Shown: positions 28,151-40,629 of the stretch, one piece after another
How the letters are laid out: every line of letters begins with the position of its first letter
Numbering within the stretch: position 1 is the stretch's first letter
Notes under the pieces: generated by a model
Database searches by the model: none
Seen by the model: only the letters and a program-made list of their open reading frames with translations
Told to the model about the DNA's origin: nothing
Position numbers and translations under genes: made by a program
DNA from: Octopus vulgaris
Taxonomy: Eukaryota
Direction: 5' to 3'
DNA: 64,000 bases
Assembly (NCBI GenBank): GCA_951406725.2
Contig: OX597816.1
Location: 138,632,001 to 138,696,000, forward strand

Positions 28151-29283
28151 CATAGGTCGATTAAACAGTGTATAACCCTTAAAAGCCATCATTTATTTTG
28201 TGTGATTCGCGTGTAGGGTCTTTAATTTCACATCACCAGCTGCATTCCCCCTAAAAGAAGTGTCATACAATTTTTGGAAATTTTAAATCCTGGTATTAAT
28301 TTTTCTTCAAGAAAAATAAAAGTTATATATGTATATTCATATAATGTACATTATATTTACATGCATGTATGTGGGCGCATGTATGTGTGTAACATGATGA
28401 AAGTTTTCCAAATAGTTAAGTATATACTTTAATCTTAACTAAAACGCAAGTGGCCATTGAGCTAAGAAGAAAGTGTAATTTAAAATGTTCACAATTTAAA
28501 CCTATGCAATAAAAGTTTCCGTCAGGGTGAAAATATAGATCATATCTCGAAATAGTTAGCTATACTTTCCACTTTCTGTAAGTGAGAAATCTCGTAACTT
28601 GGAGCAGCTGTAACGCAGGGGTGCCTCTCTCAACTTCTATTCACTCTCTCTCTCTTAGTCTTTCTCTCTTTCTCTTTTTCTCTTTCTGTCTCTCTGTCTC
28701 TCTCTCTCTCTCTCTCTCCATCTCTATATATATATATTAAGAGAGAGAGAGAGGGAGATTACATACATATATGTATGTATGCGCATGTATATATGCACAC
28801 ATACATATATCTGTGTGTGTATGTATATTTGATTTCACCCTCTTGTTATTCTCTTTGTGATATTTTTAACTGCTCCATTAGATATAAAGTACCAAAGCTT
28901 AGTAAAATAATAGTAAGTTTTTTTTTCCTACTGTATCCATACATCTTCCTTCCTAGCTGATCCTGTCTTTAAACCATCTATTAGCTTCCACCAAATCAAA
29001 GATAATCTATTCTATCGCTCGAAACTAGAAATTTTCTACTACACCACAATTCTTGATTATCTCTACCACTCTTATCATCCCGATTAACAAACTGCATTTA
29101 AATTCTCATCCGTTTAACGTTACTCAATCTGGTATTAAGCATAAGTTTTTTGATCCACTTGGCTGCTTGAATCATTTTTTTATCATATCCATGTATTTAT
29201 AAATGCACAAATATGTATGATTGATTGATTGATTGATTCCAGTTCCAGCCTATGAGCTGTGGCCATGCTGGGGCACCGCCATT

Positions 29284-29333
<50 letters not shown>

Positions 29334-29563
29334 CACGCAAATACATATATATTTATACTTATATGTATATACTTATTTACGCACGTACACACATACATGC
29401 ATATATACATAACCAATTTGTATATATACATATCTGTATGTGTTTGTGTATGTGTGTGTAGATAGATAGGTAGATAGGTAGGTAGGTAGGTAGGTAGGTA
29501 GGTAGTAGGTAGGTAGGTAGGTAGGTAGGTAGGTAGGTAGGTAGGTAGGTAGGTAGGTAGATG

Positions 29564-29642
<79 letters not shown>

Positions 29643-29996
29643 TGATAGATAGATTTGAATACTAGAAATGATATCTTACCAAAAGAATGTATTTCTTGTA
29701 TTTTCGAGAAGAAATGTATTGCTTTTGCATTTTTTCTGCAAGACAGTTTAGCAGAGGGCTCAATAAAATATGAATATTGAGATTTAAAGCGATAACATAA
29801 TGGAATATCATGCACTACAACGAATAGACACTAGTGCTCAGTCGTTTCTGATTTAACTGCAAGGTTAGGAATTTTCAAGGGAGGGACCCTAGCTGATATC
29901 TTCCACTCCAGCATTTGACTGTCGCATTATTCCATCCATCTCGGAATGTTGAGAGGAAAAGATGACATCGGGTACATTTGAAAAGCAATGTAATAC

Positions 29997-30031
<35 letters not shown>

Positions 30032-30034
30032 CAC

Positions 30035-30094
<60 letters not shown>

Positions 30095-30096
<2 letters not shown>

Positions 30097-30378
30097 AGGT
30101 GCAATGGCCTAGTGGTTAGGGCAGCGGACTCGCGGTCGCAGGATCGCGGTTTCGATTCCCAGACCGGGCGTTGTGAGTGTTTATTGAGCGAAAACACCTA
30201 AAAGCTCCACGAGGCTCCGGCAGGGGGTGGTGATCCCTGCTGTACTCTTTCACCACTCTTTCTCCCACTCTTTCTTCTGTTGACCAGCGGGGTGGCGTCA
30301 TTCGAAGGCTAAAACAATGCGAACGCATTGCGACCAGCGATGTGTAACAACATCTGATGGTCTGGTCGGTCACGTGAT
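30095..30378 (+). mobile_element. SINE family C (tRNA-Arg-like head, resembles octopus OR-type SINEs)
   Basis: TGGCCTAGTGG A box, GGTTTCGATTCCC B box, ends in TCACGTGA. Copies at 39561 and 49355. Confidence 0.9.
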
Positions 30379-30413
30379 ATATATATATATATATATATAA
30401 ATATATATATATA

Positions 30414-30933
30414 CTAGCACTATGACCTGGCGTTGCGGGGTCTAGTGCTAGAGCTTGTTGTTCGTTGCCGGGTCGCAGTAAAAATTTCTCACTAAGTCAA
30501 GAGCTAAGTTTCTTATCACATTTCTGTCCGGGCCAGTTTTGTTGTTTATGAGCTAGATTGAGCTTTTTATGAGAGTAATTAATTGTCACTGGGCTTCTGT
30601 TTTCACACCTGGAATGGCATAATCAAAGAAAATTAGCAGGACTGTGCACATGCCATTAGTCAGACAAAAAAGGAGGCAGAAGAAAGCGAAAAACTCGAAT
30701 TTGGCCGCAAAATAACTTATGGACATAAGGAGTCGGTTTATCGATTTTTTAACGGCTTTCCGGGGGTGACTGGGGAAATGAAAAGATCTTCACGACCACC
30801 TCCAGACAGTTTCGAAAGCCCATAGAAAATGCGAGCCTTTTACCTGAAAAAGTGTGGATTTGTATAAAAGACACACAGACACACAAATACACAGACATAC
30901 AGATACACAGACATTTTGCCGTTTATGTGTATG

Positions 30934-30945
<12 letters not shown>
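30414..30945 (-). mobile_element. Non-autonomous Helitron-like element
   Basis: Minus-strand 3' hairpin followed by CTAG|T at 30414. The 5' end ATAAACGGCAAAATGTCTGTG merges into (TA)n. Confidence 0.65.
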
Positions 30946-30989
<44 letters not shown>

Positions 30990-30992
<3 letters not shown>

Positions 30993-31582
30993 CTCAAAGA
31001 AATTCCAACTCTGTCTGTTTTTATGTTTTATTTATATTCTTATAATATTAATATAGGATATAGAATATAGAATATATAGTAAGAAAGAAATTAAATGAAG
31101 TATTGATTGTCTTATTAAACAAATGAAATATTGAAACTTAAATATTAAATGTCTATTCTCATTGAACTAGTATACTTTCTTGCATTTAAGCATTCATCAG
31201 GTTCAGATTGTGACGGATTCCTCCAAATTTACTTTATAAGTGATGTAGGACAACAAACCCGACGGAAGTGTCAAAATTTCAGATGATGGGTCGTGTTAGA
31301 CACAGCGCCGACTGCTGCAAAGGAGAGTATATCCACTGACCGCAGTTCGGTGCGTTCAAAACCCACATAATCCCCACCTTCAATTTTCCATAATATGTTA
31401 CCGCCTGAAATACTTCAAACGGACGCATAGCATGTTGCTTAGTCGAATTAGCCCAGCATTGACTCCAAAAAAGTTTTGTTGTCAATGCTGCAATTTCCTA
31501 TGTTACCTGTTTCAACATAACTGTAATATATTATATACAAACTTGCCAGTGATACCCGAGCAATGCCGGGTATCACTGCTAG
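30990..31582 (+). mobile_element. Non-autonomous Helitron-like element
   Basis: 3' ACCCGAGCAATGCCGGGT hairpin followed by CTAG|T. Same type of end as 53590-53620. Confidence 0.6.
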
Positions 31583-31600
31583 TTTATTAATAATATCTTT

Positions 31601-31919
31601 GTGGTTAGAGCGTCGAGCTTACGATCGTGAGGTTGTGAGCTCGAATCCCGGACCGGGCTGCGTGTTGTGTTCTTGAGCAAGACACTTTATTTCACGTTGC
31701 TCCAGTTCACTCAGCTGTAGAAATGAGTTGCGACGTCATAGGTGCCATGCTGTATCGGCCCTTGCCTTTCCCTTGAATAACATCGGTGACGTGGAGAGGG
31801 GAGGCCGGTATGCATGGGCGACTGCTGGTCTTCCATAAAACAACCTTGCCCAGACTTGTGCCTCAGAGGGTAACTCTCTAGGTGCAAACCCATGGTCAGT
31901 GTCTGACCGAAGGGGGTCA
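31601..31919 (+). mobile_element. CORE-type SINE family E (D-like head, different tail)
   Basis: TTGTGTTCTTGAGCAAGACACTTTATTTCAC...CTGTAGAAATG CORE-like block. The tail also occurs alone at 47004-47117. Confidence 0.85.
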
Positions 31920-31965
31920 TTATTATTATTATTATTATTATTAACACACACACAAACACACACAC

Positions 31966-32290
31966 GTGGTAAGTAGCTTGCTTACGAACAACATGGTTCC
32001 GGGTTCAGTCCCACTGCGTGGCACCTTGTGAGTGGATTTGGTAGACGGAAACTAAAAGAAGCCCGTCGTATATATCTCTTTCTATATATATATGTGTGTG
32101 TGCGTGTTTGACAACCGCTGCTGGTGTGTTTACGTCCCCGTAACTTAGCGGTTCGGCAAAAAGAGACCGATAAAATAAGTACCAGGCTTACAAAGAATAA
32201 GTCCTGGGGTCGATTTGATCGACTAAAGTCGGTGCTCCAGCATGGCCACAGTCACGTAAGTGAAACAAGTAAAAGAATAAAAGAATAAAA
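31966..32290 (+). mobile_element. SINE family A with internal deletion
   Basis: Deletion between two CCTTG microhomologies (GGCACCTTG|TGAGTGG). Confidence 0.88.
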
Positions 32291-32389
32291 GAATATATAT
32301 ATATAGTATATAGAGACAGAGAAAGAGAGATCTTCCTGTATGCTACTCTCTTCTTCTCTTCCATCTCTCTCTTTCTTTCTTTCTCTCTC

Positions 32390-32448
<59 letters not shown>

Positions 32449-33362
32449 ATCTATTTCTATCTCACACTGTCACACGCTCTCAGTCCGTTTCGCTATTATT
32501 TTCCTGGTCGCACCAATATATCCTATCTCGTTAAAGCGTTCATTTTGTTCCTGTTGTTATTGTCGCTTTTTTTTTTTTGGCAATTATTTTTTATTGTTAT
32601 CTTTTCCAGCTATTGTTGTTGTTTTTGTATTCCTCCAGCAAATCACCATTTGATCATACCGTATGAACTAAGAACAAATCACTAGAATCGATAATTTTCC
32701 AGTCGTTTCTGCCAGTAAATACCTCCATACTTATGAGATTCGCGTTTTCAGGAGGTGAATAGCAAGCTTGGTATATCTAAAAGAACAAGATAGATGAGTC
32801 AGGGTCGTTCACAAGGAGAAAATAAGATGGTCTGCAACGAACCCAGAATTGATTACACTGCTGTCAGCCACGTGTTGAATAGCAAACTCTTTCATTAGAG
32901 ATGGACTTCCGATTGGTGGAGAAAAACACAGAAATGGAGTTACATAGCGAGTAAAGAATGTGTGATTGTGTGACCATATCTGTATAATGATATGTAAGTA
33001 ACCAATGTCTAACCGGCTTTCTATGTGTGTGTATGTGTGTGTGTACGTGTGTACATGTAGATGTGTGCATATAAGGTTTTTATGTGACTGTGGTGGTTTG
33101 TATATATGTAATATGTGTGTGAATATGTATGTGTGCATGAATGTAGTATGTATGTCTGTACGTATGTATGAGTGCATGTATGTATGTATGTATGTATGTA
33201 TGTATCTATGTATGTATGTATGTAGTATGTATGTACGTGTACGTGTATGTACGTAGTATATACATGCATATATATATATGTATATATGCATGTTTGTATA
33301 TATATTTGTATGTATCTATGTATATAGTGTGTATGTATGTACGTGTGCATGTATATGTGTGG

Positions 33363-33461
<99 letters not shown>

Positions 33462-33856
33462 ATAGATACTCATGCGTGTATGTGTATGTATATTTGAATG
33501 TATCTATGCATGTACGTACTTATGTATGTATGTATGTATGTATGTATGTATGTATGTATGTATGTATGTATGTATGTATGTATGTATGTATGTATGTATG
33601 TATGTATGTATGTATGTATGTATGTATGTATGTATGTATGTATGTATTTATGTATGTATGTATGCATGTATCTATGTCTGCTTTTCTGCGTATATAAAAT
33701 GTGCGTGTGTTTGTGAAAGTTTCTCTTTGTAAATGTGGCTGTCGATGATTTTGTTCGCGCGAGTATTTAAGCATCTGTGTGTGTATGTGTGCGTGTGTGT
33801 GTGTCTGTGTATGTGTGTGAGTGTGAAGAAGAGAGAGAGAAGGAGAGGGACTGAGA

Positions 33857-33894
<38 letters not shown>

Positions 33895-34274
33895 TACACA
33901 CAGAGTAAAAGAGAGGGGTAGGGAGAGAGAGATAGCAAGAAAGAACATAAGTGTAATTCTGTGAGTTTAAGAATCACGTTGAAAGTGTGAATATATTGCT
34001 GACAGAGACAACTGATTCTTTTCCTTTTACTTTATTTTTCCCTTCATTTTTCTTTTCTTTTTTCCCCCTATTTCCTTCTTTTCTTTTTTTGCTGAAATCT
34101 CGAAAATAGTAGTAAAGAGAAATATAAAAACAAAACACAAGACAAAACTTATTGAAAGATAGAACCGTTAAAAGTCGGGGAAGATTTTAAGGATTCTGAA
34201 ATAAACTCAGTGTTAAATGGTAACGATTAGTAATATAAACATTACAGAGATAGACGTATGTATATGTGTGTGTG

Positions 34275-34342
<68 letters not shown>

Positions 34343-34346
<4 letters not shown>

Positions 34347-35526
34347 AATAAAATAGAACATATGCATATATATAAACATATATGTACGTACCTACCTCTA
34401 CATGTACATATACACGCATATATGTGTACAGGACACCAAAAAGACGTCGAACACATAGAGAGACGAAAAACATAGACACAAACCAAGGAACAGGACAAGC
34501 AAAAAAGAAAAAAAGAGATACAGGACAATAAGCACAACGAAAAATCCCCTTCTTCAGTCGCTAAGGTTTCATCTACTCTACGTTTCGAAGGATAAAAGCG
34601 AGACGTATACTTCGAAGAAACTTCCTTCCTGCGAAAAGCAAATCAATTAAAATTCTGAGATCTTTTCGCAGAGGGGTAAAAAATGGTAAAAAAAGCAAGA
34701 CGGTAACGACAGTACAAACATATAAACAGTAAAAAAAAAAAAAAAATTATATATAAACAGTTGAAAAATAAATATATAACAGTGAGAGACAGGACAAGGA
34801 GAACAAGATAAGAAGGGCTGTTTACGCCAGACGAAAAAAGTAATGCAAACGCTGGATTATAGTGGACGACGAGAGAGAAAGAATGTCGACCAGTGGCCTT
34901 AGAAGGCGGGCGAGAAAAGACAGGATAGCAGTTACGACGGAAGTATCGTCGCAGATGGACGACGGGAATGGGGGAGGAGGAGCAAGAGGAAGAGAGAGAA
35001 GAAGGGGAATGGTGCGAGGAGACCATGAAGAATGGTGAGGGGGAGAGAGAGAATGAAGAATGAGAGAGAGAGGAAGAGACAAGTTAAGTGAGGGAAAAAG
35101 GACGAAAAAGGGAATGGGAGAGAAAGAAAGAAAGATGCAGAGTCGCGTGAGAGTTAATATCAAGGCTAACTTGATAAACAGAACAATCTTACTTAATAGG
35201 GTGCGTGCGTTTAGTCGTATAATATGTTAATAAAATAGAACATATGCATATATATAAACATATATGTACGTACCTACCTCTACATGTACATATACACGCA
35301 TATATGTGTACAGGACACCAAAAAGACGTCGAGCACACAGAGAGACGAAAAACATAGACACAAACCAAGGAACAGGACAAGCAAAAAAAGAAAAAAAGAG
35401 ATACAGGACAATAAGCACAACGAAAAATCCCCTTCTTCAGTCGCTAAGGTTTCATCTACTCTACGTTTCGAAGGATAAAAGCGAGACGTATACTTCGAAG
35501 AAACTTCCTTCCTGCGAAAAGCAAAT

Positions 35527-35530
<4 letters not shown>
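34343..35530 (-). mobile_element. Non-coding element with ~305-bp terminal direct repeats, in (TA)n (Penelope pLTR-like or LTR-like)
   Basis: 34343-34647 is nearly identical to 35225-35530 (period ~882). No credible internal ORF. Confidence 0.75.
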
Positions 35531-35570
<40 letters not shown>

Positions 35571-35584
35571 ATATATACATACAT

Positions 35585-35673
<89 letters not shown>

Positions 35674-35674
35674 T

Positions 35675-35983
35675 GAAGGCGCGTGGCTTAGTGGTTAGGA
35701 CATTCGGCTCACGATTGTAAGGTCGTGAGTTCGATGCGTTGTGTCCTTGAGCAAGACACTTTATTTCACGTTGCTCCAGTCCACTCAGCTGGCAAAAATG
35801 AGTTGTACCTGTATTTCAAAGGGCCGGCCTTGTCACTCTGTGTCACACTGAATCTCCCCGAGAACTACGTTAGGGGTACACGTGTCTGTGGATTGCTCAG
35901 CCACTTGCACGTTAATTTCACGAGCAAGCTGTTCCCGTTGATCGTATCAGCTGGGACCCTCGTCATCGTAACCGACGGAGTGC
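35675..35983 (+). mobile_element. CORE-type SINE family D
   Basis: TGGCTTAGTGG A box, CORE-like block, tail ending GTAACCGACGGAGTG. Copies at 48937-49207(+) and 55298-55589(-). Confidence 0.88.
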
Positions 35984-35989
35984 TCCTCC

Positions 35990-36065
<76 letters not shown>

Positions 36066-36068
<3 letters not shown>

Positions 36069-36500
36069 TCTATTATATAAAATCCGTTCTGTCTGTGTGT
36101 GTGTGTGCCTTATAGGATCTCGGGCATCCTCCATCCGATTGCGTTCAAATTTGATATGTAGATACTGACGGTATCAGGGCGTCTATAAATCCTGAAAAAA
36201 ATTACAGAAATCGATTCCAGGTGAGAATGCGATCGATAGCCGTTTTTGTCCTGCTTTTCTTCCGTCAACCTGTACATAACTGCACCTTCAATTTTTTTTG
36301 TTTGTTTTTGTACTGTTTAAAGGTGCGTTTCTTTCCTGCCAAGCTTACAGTTTAAACTATGTTTGTGTTCTCCCAGTCAACAGCCTTATCATTACTGGTA
36401 CTTTAAACTCTTCGGTTGCATATTTGTGTGAATAAAATCGTTTTTCTTTGGAATAGAGAAAAAGTCTATCTTTATTTCTTCTTTTGCTGGTGTCTCAAAT
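36066..36500 (+). mobile_element. Helitron-like 5' fragment
   Basis: A|TCTTCTATTATATAAAA...TCTGTCTGTG start typical of non-autonomous Helitrons. 3' end not found. Confidence 0.45.
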
Positions 36501-36764
36501 TTAGGTTAAATCAATGTTTCTCAAAGGGGAGGCCTATGGGACGGCCGGACAAGTTGTTTTGAGAAAATTTGGTTTAAATGTTTGACAACTCAGCACCGTC
36601 CATTGCACGGGGGGCGTTTTGCTCGTGTATGTATGTATGTATGTATGTATGTATGTATGTATGTATGCATGTATGTATGTATGTATGCATGCATGTATGT
36701 ATGTATGTATGTATGTATGTATGTCTGTGTGTGTGTGTGTGTGTGTGTGTATTTTGTCTTTTAC

Positions 36765-36970
36765 TTCTTCCACTCACCAGACCGCGACCAAGCTGCAGAA
36801 TCACCTTGAAGTATTTTGTAGTCGAATGTATCGACCCTGGTACTTAGTTTTTGAAAGCCTAGTACTTATACTATCGGGCTCTTTGCCGAACCGCTATGTT
36901 ACGGGGACATAAACACACCAGCGCCGGTTATCAGGCGGTAGTGAGGGGCACAAATGCAGAGACACAGACA

Positions 36971-37011
<41 letters not shown>

Positions 37012-37245
37012 AACGGGCTTCTCTGAGTTTTCTTCAACCAAATCCACTTACAGAGTTTTAATAGGCCCAACTTGACAACTGGTGTTGGCGGTGTATCGAC
37101 GTCTCCGTAACTTAGCGGTTCGCAAAAAATAAAGACCGAGAACAAGGAGTACTTGTCTTAAAAAAAGTCCTGAGATCGATTTGTTCGACTGAAACCCTTC
37201 ATAGCTGTGCCCCAGCATAACCGCAGTGAGATGAATGAAACAAGT
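36765..37245. mobile_element. Two diverged SINE A fragments in opposite orientation
   Basis: 36765-37040(-) and 37071-37245(+). Confidence 0.75.
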
Positions 37246-37253
37246 ATACATAC

Positions 37254-37290
<37 letters not shown>

Positions 37291-37556
37291 CAAAATAGAG
37301 AAAAAAGGGCCATTCAAAATGTAGGTTGGTGGTGACGCGAGTAATGGCAAAGGGCAGGAAAGAAAGAGAATAGAAAAACAGAGAGAGTGAGAAAGAGAGA
37401 AAGAGAGAAAGAGAGGGAGAGAGAGGAATGGAGTGAGAAAGAGTAAGATTGGGATTGAATACAATGGAACCTATGACAGACGTAGAAATGCGATGAGTAA
37501 ACAATAGACTAGGACATTCGAATTGAACATTCCCAGGCACACACATACATATATAA

Positions 37557-37633
<77 letters not shown>

Positions 37634-38200
37634 CTCAAGCATACACACTCACACATTATACACACACACACACACACACATATATGTATATGTATAAAAT
37701 ACTAAAAAAACTAGAAGTAGGAACGTCAAGAAATGAACGTTCGACTTTCCTTAAGGTCCATTACCAAGAAAGAATACTTGAGTTTTCCGGTCATGTAAAA
37801 TACACAGATGTAGCCATTAAAATAACAGCTAGTCCTTTTTTTACTTTTCTGAAGAAAAATTGGAGTGTTGGGGGACGCTTATTGTATTCGTTTCACAAAT
37901 CTTGAACTTTCTAATTGAACACTTTAAATGTAAATATCAATGCTAACTATGCTTTCAGTTTCGGGTCCATTATCAACGAAGTAAGGCTAACATGTATTAG
38001 ACATATACACACTCACACATACAAATATGCTTACGCACACACACATACACACACACATTTACACATACACACTCGCACACACATACATATATACTCATGA
38101 TCGTAAGATAGTGGTTTCCGAGTAACGCGTTGTGCTCTTGAGCAAAACACTCAGCTGAAAAAAGAATGAGAAATCCTCTGATAAATTTCATCCTCAACTT

Positions 38201-38424
38201 AATATTAAATTTATATTTATATGGCATAAGCATAATATCTTCAGAAGGAAAGAAAAAAAGTATACTCTTTGATCTTTTATATGTGTTTATGGATTCATTA
38301 AAGCAGACTGAATGATCATTCAGTCTGCTATAATGAATCCATAAACACATATAAAATATCCAAGGGTATATTTTTTCCTCCTGAAGATATAATGCTCAGG
38401 TCATATAAATATAAATTTAATATT
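38201..38424. repeat. ~224-bp imperfect palindrome with no spacer
   Basis: Centre GCAGACTGAATGA|TCATTCAGTCTGC at 38315/38316. The arms pair out to AATATT. Confidence 0.9.
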
Positions 38425-38618
38425 CACTTAATATTTACTTAGTATTAATGGAAACAGCTGTAAGTAAAGATGATTAATTTGCTATTAATAAAAAAACAAT
38501 TATTAACTTCCTAATCTCTATTTTCTTTTCCTACTTTTATATGAATATAAACTATATTTTATATATATATATATATATACCTATTATTTAAGGAAATTAA
38601 TTCCCCCAAAATTCTAGG

Positions 38619-38700
38619 TACTGAACCAGCATTTCTTTGGATGAAACCATCCCTTCATGAGGTTAACACAGCATCTACTCGTGTGAAAGGAGACCGTCAT
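38619..38700. repeat. Short dispersed repeat ending in (TA)n (second copy 43521-43602)
   Basis: TACTGAA.CAG.ATTTCTTTGGATGAAA.CATCCCTTCATGAGGTTAACACAGCA...GACCGTCATATA in both copies. Confidence 0.8.
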
Positions 38701-38776
38701 ATATATATGACCACGTGTGTACCGTTGGCGATTTTTTTCCTCTGTCTTCCCTTCTCTGGATCTTTCCTTCTCCTAT

Positions 38777-38811
38777 GTTTCCGACTAAGAGCTCCGCTCG
38801 AAACGTTAAAC
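38777..38811 (+). ncRNA. Degenerate hammerhead motif in an H1-related element (38710-38908)
   Basis: GUUU-CCGACUA-A-GAGC-UCC-GCUC-GAAAC-GU-U-AAAC. The core carries two substitutions. Confidence 0.45.
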
Positions 38812-38904
38812 CCTCCTTCTTTCCTTCTTTCCTGAGCGTCCAACAATACTATATTTGTTCCACGTCCTCGCGTTGTTGTGTTTTTTGTGTTTTCTTGTCT
38901 GGAT

Positions 38905-38976
<72 letters not shown>

Positions 38977-39022
38977 TATACATACATATATATATATATA
39001 CATATATATACATACATATATT

Positions 39023-39051
<29 letters not shown>

Positions 39052-39053
<2 letters not shown>

Positions 39054-39211
39054 GACGGGCTCCTTTCAGTTTCCGCCTACTAAATCCGTTCACAAGGCTT
39101 TGATCGACCCGATGCTATAGTAGAAGACACTTGCTAAAGGTGCCACGCATGGAACTGAACCCAGAACCATGTGGTTGGGAAGCAACCTTCTTACCACACA
39201 GCCACACCTGC

Positions 39212-39213
<2 letters not shown>
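39052..39213 (-). mobile_element. SINE family A, 5' half
   Basis: Reverse-complement head sequence. Confidence 0.85.
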
Positions 39214-39260
<47 letters not shown>

Positions 39261-39428
39261 GGAGTAAACACATAAATGTGAAACAAGGTGGAAAAAAGAG
39301 TACTCAAATACCAGTGGTAGAGTAATATGCTTTATTTTAAGCAGCAGAAAATTCAACAAAATCTGTTACTCTGAGTTTCTCGTTGCCGTTCATCATGAAT
39401 TAATATATATGTTCCATTCTAGCAAAAA

Positions 39429-39466
39429 CTGTCTGATGAACGGCAACGAGAAACTCAGAGTAACAG
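39429..39466 (+). ncRNA. Minimal type-I hammerhead ribozyme motif
   Basis: CUGU-CUGAUGA-ACG-GCAA-CGA-GAA-ACUC-A-GAGU-A-ACAG. Predicted cleavage after 39462. Confidence 0.7.
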
Positions 39467-39498
39467 ATTTTGTTGATTTTTCTGCTGCTTAAAATAAA

Positions 39499-39533
<35 letters not shown>

Positions 39534-39560
39534 TATATATGATAAAATTAATATATATGT

Positions 39561-39867
39561 GGAGGCGCAATGGCCCAGTGGTTAGAGCAGCGGACTCACG
39601 GTCGTAGGATCGCGGTTTCGATTCCCAGACCAGGCGTTGTGAGTGTTTATTGAGCGAAAACACCGAAAGCTCCACGAGCCTCCGGCAGCGGATGGTGGCG
39701 ATCCCTGCTGTACTCTTTCGCTACAACTTACTCTCACTCTTTCTTCTGTTGGCCTGCTCGCTTAGCCAGCGGGGTGGCGTCATTTGAAGGCTAAAACAAT
39801 GCGAAGCGCATTGTGACCAGTGACGTGTAGCAACATCTGATAGCCTGGTCAATCACGGTGATCACGG

Positions 39868-39869
<2 letters not shown>
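39561..39869 (+). mobile_element. SINE family C
   Basis: Full-length match to the 30095 and 49355 copies. Confidence 0.9.
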
Positions 39870-39938
<69 letters not shown>

Positions 39939-39945
<7 letters not shown>

Positions 39946-40575
39946 AAAGGGCTTAGTAAAATAAATTACTTTGCCACATACTGAACTCATTAGAAATAGT
40001 AGCTAAAAAAACTTTTTTAAAACTATTTCTAATACTTAAAGAAAATCTCTCTCATATAGTGTTTGCTCAATTCAACTCACGAAAGTATGGGGGTAAAGAC
40101 ATTAAAAAATCAAATGCAAAGGTTATTTGAGAACGTACGTTTCAAGATTAGTCAAACTCGACATTTCTATCATCAGCTCAGAACTCCTTGGTTTGGATTT
40201 GAAAACACTGAAAGTGGGATCATACCCTTTCGGCTTCTTATCGCTTCTGAAGATCTGCTCGAAACTAACAGTGCCAGCACACCCAAAATATGCAAGCGAA
40301 GAATTTCTGCTCTCCCCTTTCCACCAGCGTGGGTTAAAATCAGTAAACACTATGCTTTTTCGGTAAATCCGAAACATTTAATAGAGAGAGATGAATTATA
40401 ATTTCAACAATTGAGGGTAAAATTAATTAATTAATTATTAATCAATTTCACCAAGTGTTCAGTATGTAAAGGGACCATTTAAGGCGAATTCAAATTATTA
40501 CATTATATAAAAGGGCTTAGTAAAATAAATTACTTTGCCACATACTGAACTCATTAGAAATAGTAGCTAAAAAAA

Positions 40576-40580
<5 letters not shown>
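39939..40580 (-). mobile_element. Hammerhead-bearing non-coding element with a 78-bp terminal direct repeat, in (TA)n
   Basis: 39939-40016 = 40503-40580 (period 564). Homologous in part to 14785-14870. Confidence 0.78.
40128..40180 (-). ncRNA. Type-I hammerhead ribozyme motif with palindromic stem III
   Basis: Minus strand reads UGAG-CUGAUGA-UAGA..GUCGA-GU-UUGAC..UCUU-GAAAC-GUAC-GU-U-CUCA. Confidence 0.75.

Positions 40581-40629
<49 letters not shown>

Noticed and set aside
38630-38668. Hammerhead-like reading of the 38619/43521 repeat (minus strand CUCAUGA..GAAAU)
   Set aside because: G5 is missing and there is no stem III or NUH. Only the GGATG/CATCC hairpin is solid.
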